DNA of 64,000 nt. Origin: Marsupella aquatica (taxonomy: Eukaryota; Plantae; Marchantiophyta). Below are positions 47,194 to 57,349 of the stretch, in pieces. How positions within the stretch are numbered: position 1 is the first letter of the stretch; each line of letters opens with the position of its first letter. The stretch spans positions 14,511,934 through 14,575,933 of the forward strand of contig OZ316899.1 in assembly GCA_973895155.1 (NCBI GenBank), in the 5' to 3' direction. The translations under genes were made by a program, and so were the position numbers. Under the pieces are notes generated by a model. The model did no database searches. It worked only from the letters and a program-made list of their open reading frames with translations, and was not told the origin of the DNA.

Positions 47194-49290
47194 ATGAGTC
47201 GTAGACAAGCCATTCCACAAAAAGCCACACCTAGTTCAGTATCAAACCCCATTTTCCAAGGCGTGAATGCCATCTTAGTTCAAAATGGATTTTCCAAAGC
47301 TCATTTTCAAGTCTTTCACAAAAAGCTGATAGAACGTCATGGTGGACAATGTGATATTCTATCCACCAAGACCACTCACATTGTTGCCGATTCATGGAAA
47401 GCAGTCCTGTCCACATGGTCCTAGTCTGATGCGAATCACTTTGTTCAAAATCAGGCAATGAAAGTTGTCTCATTTGAATGGATGTGTGAATCCTTAAAGG
47501 TAGGGGTATGTCTGCAAGAAGGCCCTTTCAACTTAATGTTGACTGAGGTAGAAACCGAGGCTCACAATACCAAGAGGAAACTAGAAATGATTAAACAGGA
47601 TGAGGCAAATGCCCTTTGGCAAACTGTAAACTTGATCATACCAAAACGCAGGTGTATATAGGACTGGTTACGTTTTCCAAGTGTATCCCTGTGTTTGGTG
47701 CAGTTTACATAATAAAGACCTGCTTGTCTGATGCAAATGTTTGCATATAGGAGTCTGTCTATTTTTGGACACTATCTACTCTGTATGTTTGTTTGATACT
47801 TGTATGCATGAAATATAACTTCAACTCCCTTTCTTTCTTGCAGGGATGAATTGGTAGAAGTCGGGAATTGGGGAGGTTGTGTTCAGGCCCTTGCTAAGGT
47901 CAATCCCGATACCTTGTTTGTTGTGGCCTTGTCATTTTGTTGGAGTGGGCACAATCTCTGTGTACTGCACTGAAGATGGTTGTCACACGCAGTGTATTGT
48001 CTGAGTACCATCGACAGAAGGGTGAGCGCTTTCGTGTGAAGATGATCCAATCTGGGATCGTGCCTACAGACTGTGCTGTGACCTGGGGCTATCCATCTGT
48101 GCCTTGCAACCATTACCGGAGGCTAAGTACATCCCCACCAGCCCCAAACAGTATCCGTCTAGTTAAACATACAGATGGGGTGCTGGATGAGGACTGTGTC
48201 TTCTTGGAGGCTTGTCTCCATTGTCACACCCAGACATGTGATCGTTGTAGGGGAGGTGACTCTAACATAGTACAGACTTTTGCACAATACAGGCAAGAAT
48301 GTCATGGGGTGGTTGCCTGGAGTGGAACACCTGTCATTTCATCAATGATTGTGTGTGTGGTGGGACACGTCCAGGTTCTGCCCATGATGGTGATGCACAC
48401 TCAAGTTGTTGACTTCTGATTCTGCATTGCTCACATTGCAGGATGGATCAAAGGAGCCCACAGGGAAGTCATGCCCCTGGTGGTGCCTACTGACTATGAT
48501 TGCTGGTGGACTATCGCTCCTTCTGGTACATCACATGCCTACCCCTCTGCCTGCCCCTAATCTTTGAAGGTAATTTTGCAGATCTTGTTCAGCATGGCAC
48601 ACATTGCTCGTCAGTTGCTGGATCCAAGATTTGGGCATAGGGAGCACCTTCGTATGGATCCCCCTTGCTGTTTTGAATGTGATGAGGGAGGAACTGTTTT
48701 GTTCAGTGATGGCCCTTGTGGTCACCATTTTCATTATGTAGTTGATGGCCACAACCCCGATGAGGAAGATGGCCATGGACCTACATGTCAGCGGATTGTC
48801 ATTTCCAGAGATCATGATTGGGCCGCAGCTTGGCTTTGTGACCTCTGTCAGCAAAACAGAGGAAGATGTTTTGGTTGTGGACTCCTTGGCAGAACCTTGA
48901 GACCCACCACAGACAAGCCCCTTGTGATCCAGTGTTCTCATGATGACTGCTACTCATTTTACCATGTGGGTTGTCTTCGGACACTTCTGCAATTGGGGGA
49001 AATGCCTTTCACCCGCCATCCAGATAACCCTGATGCACATCCCGATGCTCTTATATGCCCACGACATTACTGTGAGGTCTGTAAGGAGTATCGGGAGGGC
49101 ATTTGGGATTTTGTCCAGGCAATGTCGTAGATGCCCTCGTGCATGGTGTCGTGATGAAGGACCAACAACAGACAGGCACTTGAGGAGAAGGGTGAGGGGC
49201 CGAGACACCTGGGACATTGGATAGTGGCGCATGATTTACTATACTCGCCATGTCATCCCAGAGGGTTCTGATATCCCAAGTACCCATGAC
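47194..49290 (+). pseudogene. Cargo gene: N-terminal BRCT plus C-terminal EDM2/NSD-type tandem PHD fingers, intron-containing and disrupted
   Basis: BRCT: IFQGV, IERHGG, TTHIV, VVSFEWMCESL (in-frame TAG 47422-47424). PHD: CFECDEGG...GPCGHHFH, WLCDLC...CFGC, QCSHDDCYSFYHVGC, CPRHYCEVC, then frameshifted CRRCPRAW. Predicted intron 47652-47843. Confidence 0.8.
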
Positions 49291-49373
49291 TAGACCAGCA
49301 TGACTGCTACTAATTCCACCATCTTATAACTTGAACCTTTTTTGTAGTGGACCCATAAGACAACCTAAATTAT

Positions 49374-49548
49374 ACTTAAGTATTTGGTTGAATGCTATGG
49401 ATCGACTTAAGTATTTGGTTGAATGCTATGGATCGACTTAAGTATTTGGTTGAATGCTATGGACTTAAGTATTTCGATGAATGAAATGGACTTAAGTATT
49501 TGGTTGAACGAAGTGGAAGTTTGATGAACTGAAATGGACTTAAGTAAG
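49374..49548. repeat. Minisatellite, unit ACTTAAGTATTTGGTTGAATGCTATGGATCG (31 bp) decaying to ~27 bp
   Basis: Copies start at 49374, 49405, 49436, 49463, 49490; no unique spacers. Confidence 0.9.
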
Positions 49549-49701
49549 TTTCATTGACTACAATAGATTGAGTGTTCAAATGACATAATTGTGAATGGTT
49601 GACTTGAGTCCTGATCTTTTTCCATGTCTGTCCATTGTTGTATGACAGGTTCATGTCCTAATCCCTATCCCTTACTTTCACAGCCTGTATAACTGTCCAT
49701 C

Positions 49702-52700
49702 ATGGCACACCTAGGCATGAGCTCTGTCAGATTGGTAGAAAAGGGTGAGGAGGGAGGAAAGCCTGATACGCCAATCTGTGTCATGTCCTTCAAAGAAGGG
49801 CAGACTCTGGCAGATTTTCGTCTGAAATGCGTTGGTGCAGTAGAGTTTGACTTTGATTTTTGGGATGAGAGGTTGCCTGGTCGAGTCCGACGCTTTTCAG
49901 AGAAGACTGTTGGGGTGATTGAACTTCAAGGGACAATTTACGTGATTGCAGAGTTACCCTCAGTTGCCTTGCTTGCTGAGAGGGTCACTATTGGTTCCTC
50001 TCATTCATCTGCTGCCACTGTGTCCAATGTGGCAGGCAGGACTCCATTGTCTCAAGGACAAACACAAGGGGTGCCAGTATAGGCTATTGTACAGCCTGTC
50101 ACAGGCTCCTTTGAGTCTCACCTCATGTCTGAGGCTGCATCAAAGGCCTGGAATGATGAGTGGTTGAAGCTACAATCCTGGGTGAACCAGAAGGGCTTTG
50201 GTGAGCACAAGTGGAAAGTGCAAACATGGGATGAGGGAGGGGAGTGTCGAGGTCATCTAGAATGCTTAGAGTGTAGGGAGACTTATGGGAATGCAGCCAC
50301 TTCACAGGTGCTCAAGTCCATCGCAAATTACTTTAGCAACTTCAAGACAAAGCACCTGACCAACCCTAAACACAAGGAGAACTGGTGTAAGCGAAGGGGT
50401 TTAGCTGGAGCTTTGGTGACGGCTGCTGACACTATACAACAACCACTGTTTGATCATAGTATGCAAATAGGGGCTGGTGTGGAAATAGTTGGAAAGTTGA
50501 ATGCAGAGGTAGGTGGCATGGTAGAAGTGTTCTCTATCACACCATCTCCCACTGATCCAACATTTGCACAGAGGTCATTCATGTTTAAGGTTAGATGTAC
50601 AGTCTGTGGCAAGCTACAAACTGACATGTGCCCTAAGAAATCCAATTTGGAACACAATTTAAGGCAACACCTTGTCAGTCGGGATCATATGGATGCACTT
50701 GAGAATGTCGTCACCAGTACCCAGACTGCACTGAGGGCAGGGAAGAAGGGGAGACCAAGGAAGCCTGATGCTCGTGATCTATTTCCATCTCAAAATTCTA
50801 TTCTGAATTTCTTTAGAGAGGACAGCTCTGCTGCAGGGAGCAGTTCAGGCAGAGGTGGGTTGTATTCCTCCGTTGAGCCAAGTTTAAGTTTGCTTTGTTG
50901 GGGCCTGTGGGAGTCAGAGGTCAAGTGGACAGGGGATTCTATGGCTGTGAAGGGCATACTTGATGATCAAGAGGGAGGGAATGTCTGGGACTATGACCGT
51001 ACCACCTGTGCTGAGGTTTTCAATGTAACTAGCCAGTCAGTTGTTGGTATACAGGGTTGTTTTAGGCACAAGCAATGTCACAGGGTGTCCATTAATGGAG
51101 GTGGTTTTCAAAACCTCACTTGCACTCTATGTGATTCAATAACACGTGAAGATGATTTTCGTGGCAGGGTGCACAGGGAAGCGGAAGCATTAGTGCAGAG
51201 AGGAGACAGGACTACATAGGGTGGGATGAGGTTGGCATACTTGACCAAAACCGAACTGAGGGAACATGTTGGTAACCTCAACACTCGCTTTAGGAAATAG
51301 CGTTGGCTGTTGGCACAACAGGCTCAGAAAATTTGTGCCTTGAGTGTTAGGCGAAAGAAGCTAGAAGATTTATTAGGAGTAGCCCATGATAGGAAAGATT
51401 TAAGACTGTTTCTGAGAAATATTGTGAATGGACATAGGCGTGGTGCTTTTGGTGGCACGGAAGGGTTGTGGGATTTCTAGACAGATGTAGCTAAGAACTT
51501 GCAGAGAGTTGCTAAGGGTTATCAATACAGTAAGAGAACCAAGGCCTTTTCCCAAACCATGTTCCAGTTTGGAGGTAGACAAGTGGCTCATTGTTTCCAG
51601 GCAAACCTAGGTGGTCCAGGTTTGAAGACCTTGAAATGTGATAGAGCAAAACTACCACCCTTTAGAGCTGGCAGTTGAAAAGAGATATTCCAAGAGGTGT
51701 GCAGAGTACTATGTGCATCAAAGTAGTCACTTGGAATTTCAGGAGATGTACCAGTAATGTTTGCTGAGGATGAAACAAGGATAAAAGAGAGACCCAAGTT
51801 TGTGTTTTTGTCTCTGTAGTAAATTAGCTTGTTCTTTTGAATGTGTTGGATGAGTTTGCACGTCATGAGCTGATGTGTGTTTTGTATTGTGTGTGACAGA
51901 TGGGAAGCTAAATATGACACCCTCATTGGTTTCTGTGGCCCCTTAGAGGAGCACACATGTTCTTTTGGCTTGGAAGTACTGGTTGGAGCAGGTACTGAAG
52001 GGTATGACAAGATTGTAAGTACTTTTGAGCAGTATGCCAAAGGCATGTATGCTAGAGTAATCATTGTCAATCCTCTGCATGCAAAGATGCCTAAATTGGC
52101 ATTGTGTGTTCTACCAACATGTAACAAGTTTAGAGCTCCCTGGGTAAGAGAGCATTGGGTGCAGCTGAAGTCCATGTGGAACACACATTGCAGAGACAGT
52201 GTTGGTCCTTTGTTGGGCCATGCTAGTGATGGTGATGCTCATCGTAGGAAATTGATGATGGAAGATTATACTGTTGTGAATGGTTCCTTTCCTAGGTACA
52301 GTGTAGGATGGGTTGGGTGGCAATACTCAGTGTCCATACTTCCGAATGGAGATCTATATGGTTTTGGAGACCAAGACCCACCTCACAATGGCAAGAAGGC
52401 AATTAACCCATTGGACCGAGTGTCTGCTATGTTAGTTCTTGGTGATCAGCATGCATCTTTGTCATATGTCACATCTGTTTATAACCATTATGCAATTCAT
52501 GAGCATGGTTTGCATTGGGATGATGTGAATAGGATAGATAGACAAAACTGGGCTGGCCCACAATGAATAGCTTCTAGGAGAGTGTAGGCCTGCCTGCAGC
52601 ATATGTATGAGCGACGAGATGTTCGCCATGACAAAAGCTTTGGGACCATGATATACTTGGAGGTTTGTGCAGACTACATGGATATTTTCTTCTCTGTTAA

Positions 52701-54297
52701 GCATGACCTAAGAACCCGTGTTGTCTTGGCATCAAAGGTATCTTGGTTCTTCCGATTGTGGAGGCTATGGTTGAGGTATGGTGATCATTTTGTGATAGGG
52801 AATGCTGGATCTATCACAGAGAAGAACTTGATTTCTGTGCAGGCTTTCCATGATATCAACATGTCTTGTCATTTTGTAGTATTGTTAATCTGTGCCTTTC
52901 GGGACAAGTTCCCATATCTGCAAGTTCCATTTCACTTGTTGGGATCAGATTGTTGTGAGATATTTTTCAGCAAGGTAGGTGGCATGAGTGGCCATGAGAG
53001 AAATTATGACTTTGGATCTCTACTAGACAGTGCAGTGGGACTGAATCGACTAGCTGGATTAGAGTATGGACCAAAGGGATTGAAGATACGTTGATCACAT
53101 GATAAACAGGATCATGTTTGGGCAACTTTACATCCTCTGGATGAAGGAGAACAAGCTCCAAATTTATTTGATTACTTTGCAGTTCAGACTAATGAGCTGG
53201 TTGTTGATGCTCTAAAGGAAGGTTTGCAGGAAGCAAAGGATTTGTTGTGCAAGCTGAACATGTCACCAAGGAGTTCTTTGCCAGCAACCAAAAGACGATG
53301 GTGGGTTCATCCTTGGGAGGTGGAGGCAGAGACTTCACCGGATACAAGTGTCATGAAAGAGGTTGTGTTATGTGATGATGCTAAAGACACAATTGAGCAT
53401 TGAACTACTGTAGGCCCTAGACCTGAGCCCCCAATTGGAGAGTTTCTAGAGTTTGAAGATCTTGAAGAAGATCTCAATCGGATTGATTCATGGGACACTC
53501 TGGACAGTTAGGATTGTATTGAGCCACTAACAGTTGATGATTGTTCGATTGAGGTGGACACTAACCCATTTTGTGAGATGGAGACACTAGGACATGAAGT
53601 AAGGCATGTCTTGGCTGGAGTTCAAGCAGACTTAACTGATGTGCAGACACCCCGGTCAGTAGTGTCTACTATAACTTATGAGGGAAGGACTATCTACAAG
53701 TCCACTCTTGTGAGTCAATTGTGCTGCAATCCTTTCATGTCAAAGGATAGGCTAACTAGGATAGCCCAGAAGACCTATTACACTACTGGTAAGGAGAAGG
53801 AAAATGGTGACTCTGTGACTTGTTTGGTTGACATTGGTACTGATATAGCAGTTTTGTTTGAGTCTGCTATAGAGGTTGGTCCTTCTACCAGATCATCCAA
53901 GTCAAAGAAGAGGAAGGGAATAGATAAAGGGCCTGTTGTTGACGCAACATCTGCAAAGAAGGAATATTGGTTGGGTAGGATTGAGTTTATGATACAGAAG
54001 AATGGCTCCCATTGGGTCAGACGTCGGAAAGCAATAGATCTGTTGGACAGGCCTGTACCTGCAGTTGGACAGAGTGGAAGTGTGTGCCGCTTGCAGTGTA
54101 ATTGGTACAAATCTACTGGTAACAACAAAACTTTGTTCACTTATGACGCAATAGATGGACAATGGATTGATATTGAGATAGTAATTTCAAATGTGAACTT
54201 GACAATGAAGTCTGGGATAGTTGACAGAGTGTATGTACTAGATGCAAGTGACTTGCAAGCTTTGACTGCATACATTCAAAGTGTGAGTAAATTGTGA
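49702..54297 (+). pseudogene. P-like transposase, ~1500 aa, predicted intron 51798-51899, about ten in-frame stops
   Basis: Two C2H2-like fingers, AT-hook KKGRPRK, AEDETRIK, HASDGD, DQDPPHNGKK, DRQN, GSDCCEIFFS (compare P-element DE, DG, DxPHLLK, QDxLExFF); C-terminal YWLGRIEFM...QCNWY. Confidence 0.78.
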
Positions 54298-54936
54298 TAT
54301 ATAATTGACTATTGTTTATTAAAAGTAGTTTGTTGTGTGTGTATGTGATGCATGTGTAGGGTTAGTGGGAGGGAGTAGAGTAGGGGATGGCGGATTGGCA
54401 AATTGAGATTTATGCTCAATCAGGGGTTCAATTCCCCTCCGTCATGTGGACATCATCATGCATGAGTCTGTGAAGGAAGGTAGAGATGTGGACATCATCA
54501 TGCTAGAGTTTACAGTGAAACAAGGTAGAGTACCGATGCCTTGAATAGGCAACCTAAGATGTTCGGTTACCTATTCATAGTATCTGGCACCCACCATGCT
54601 TCACTATTCAAGAGTAAAAACTACAAGTTGTTGGATGACAATGAATGCATTACAAGATATTCAGCTTCATGATGCAAATTCATTGAATGTATTGGAAATG
54701 CGCATCAATTTGCACAATTGGCTCTACACTATTGAGGTACTTTACTTTCCTTAATAGGCATTTTTTAAATCATCATAAAACTTTCCATAAAGTTTTATAG
54801 GGGTAAACAATTCAAAAAATGGCCGCTTTTCAGAAAGTAAGGGAGTGGGGAAAAAAAATTCACTTAAAAGTTAGGGGGTCCAGACCCTAAAACGTCGCAC
54901 GCGATGTAGAGCCCTACATACAGTGACCCCCCCAAG

Positions 54937-56420
54937 ATCACAAGAGCAATGCTTATTGTGTTGATGCTTCCTGAATTTGTTGATTGCCTCCTTCAAGAGG
55001 TCCATTTCAACATGTTGCTTATAGCAACAAACGTTTCTGTCTTTCATAGGACAAATGTAGTAAGGCTTCATATATTGAAAAGACCTCAAGCCTATATGAA
55101 CTCCATTCTTGTCTTTGTTGCAAAACTCCTGGAATTTCAGAAAAAACTCCACCTGAAAAAGATGCAAGCCTTGCCTCAAAACATATTCAATTGATTGTAC
55201 ATAAACAAAGATACAGTAGAGTTCAAATCGCTTACTGATGAACATGAAGCCTTGTACACTATTGTAAGCCCTATTTGAATGTCATTGATAATGACAAATT
55301 AACAAAATCTAACCTGGGTATCCTCCAACCAATGCACCCGATGCTCCTCGTACACCTTTCTACTCAATCGTAGTCTAGCCTTGTCCTTGGGGCAAGGAGA
55401 GATTTGAGTATTTTATTCCCAAAACTTTTCCACATTTCTTTGGACTTCAGCTGAAATTTTGTCGCTTCTCACTTTCCTTTCCCCCACTGGAAACCTTATC
55501 GAATAATTGGAATCTATGGACTTCCTCCTTCTTGAAGCTTTATATGTGATTTGTCATTTTGTACCCAAAGCCCCAGCCACTGAAGTTTGATACCTATTCA
55601 CTACTGTGGCCTCGCTTGCTAGTGTAACTGTCAAGATCTGCTTTGCACCTAGATGGTCTTTTCACTTTGCAGTTCTCACTTTTTGCAAGCAATTCTTTTC
55701 GGCAACTGCAGCAAGTATCGTTACATCTCTTTGATGGGTGCCAAAAACTGCAAGGAGGTAGTTCTTCAAGGAACAATGGAGCATAAACTTAGTGAAAAAT
55801 AGTTTCCTTGGAGACAAATTAATCTGTCCAATCTACTCATGATGGATGTCACCTGAGACTGAACACTCAGTGTTCTCCTATTGGAATTCAATTCATCTTC
55901 TAAATCACCAGCAGACCCACATTGACAAGCCTCTGTGCGTGTATTACCCTTTTTCTTCTAGTATGTTGCTCGCTTCCTTTGAGCATCTCGTGCTCTAAAC
56001 TCTATTGAAGCATAGGATTGACAATTTGCTTGCCTCAAAGCTGAACTCTCCCGCTGCAACTCTGAAGTTTGGCCATGCATGCTCTGGCTGAGAACTTGCC
56101 CATCTAAGGGCCAAAGACGTGCTTCTTGACGCCCTATATGCGACTGCGGAGAGTGTGTCTTCTTTGTATCAATTTGTCACATTGTAATTGTGTAGTATGT
56201 AGGATGCTAGTAGCTTGTGTATTTGCATTCATTATGATGTTGGCAGCCTCTTGGGAAGCCTCCGCACAAATTCTACTCGCTTCATTCTCAGCTGATGAAA
56301 TCATTTGTTGGCATTTGTTTTGTGCATCTTCCAACAACCCCTGTCCAGCCACATTGCTACTATTACCACCATGTGCAATCAATTGTCCATGGGTGATCCA
56401 TTGCTGCCTATTACCATAGG
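54937..56420 (-). pseudogene. Sola2-like transposase, decayed N-terminal part
   Basis: IGLRSFQYMKPYY...RNVCC...H.EMDLL continues into 44521 after removing the P-like element; 5' terminus not identified. Confidence 0.65.
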
Positions 56421-56487
56421 ACTTGCGTCTGCTAAGGTTTTGTCTTTCTTATCTCTCTCTTGCTAGGGCATCGTGGACTTTCAGGAT

Positions 56488-56600
56488 GTTATTGCCCGGT
56501 GTGAACAGTGTGATAGGGTGAGGACTTCTTCCACATCTCGACAACCCACACTTCATCCACTCCCTATTCAGGGCATGTTTTATCGTTGGTCATGTGATTT
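56488..56600 (+). pseudogene. Ty3/Gypsy integrase fragment
   Basis: VIARCEQCDRVR...LHPLPIQGMFYRWSCD (end of the Zn finger to the first catalytic D). Confidence 0.7.
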
Positions 56601-56926
56601 CTCAGGGGGGTCACTTCCACAAAAGTGGCACATCACGTGCGACGAAGTATAGGCCCATTTAAATGGTGTGGCGAAAGACTTCCAAAGTTTGGTGGAAGAA
56701 CACATAGGGCATGTTTTATTGACTAATCTACTTTAAAGAACACATAGGCCTATTTAATTGCAAAAAATATTTTCTTAATTTTTTTAGGGGTTTTTTAATA
56801 AAAATGACAAAATTTAAAGAAAGAAAGGGCTTTGCAAAAAAATATTTTTCACTTATAAGTTAGGGGGGTCAAACCTAAAACATTGCACGCAATGTATGGC
56901 CCTCCATATAGTGACCCCCCCCCAAG
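56601..56926 (+). mobile_element. 326-bp non-autonomous relative of the P-like element
   Basis: Left end resembles 44530 onward; right end resembles about 54835-54936 (GTGACCCCCCCCCAAG); no TSD. Confidence 0.82.
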
Positions 56927-57349
56927 GATGATGGAGTCCGTTGGGAGTTGGGATGCAGATAGGAACCTTACCTACATATTTGAGAGGAGTTCTAGCTGAG
57001 TGAGAAGGTAGTACCAAGATTGAGATGAAGTTCTTCAGGAAGGATGACGTCTTTATGTAGTTCTTCAAGAAGGATGACCTTTATGGAGTTTACAAGGGGG
57101 CTCATAAACATAGAAAATATTTTTGAGGAAATTAAATTCATTTGGGTTTTTACCATTCAGCAAACTACTTGAGGCGGTAAGAGTAAAATGTGAAGCACTC
57201 AATCTATTCAAAGTTTTATCTACAATGAAAGCCAAATAAGGTATTTATATAAGAATCTAAATGTACTTTACATTGTTTTTGGTATTTAAACTATAAAATG
57301 GTTGGAAAATCCAAAAAAATACAAAACTTAAACTCTCTCTAACACAAAG

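Larger units (their letters stand above)
44530..54936 (+). mobile_element. P-superfamily-like TIR transposon, 10,407 bp, with two genes
   Basis: Imperfect TIRs CTTGGGGGGGTCACT...ACATC(A/G)CGTGCGACG; 8-bp TSD ATCACAAG (44522-44529, 54937-54944); excision rejoins the Sola2-like KHCSCD|CPIC. Confidence 0.9.

Noticed and set aside
49374-49548. CRISPR-like array of ~31-bp repeats
   Set aside because: Head-to-tail units without unique spacers, no cas genes, eukaryotic TE context.
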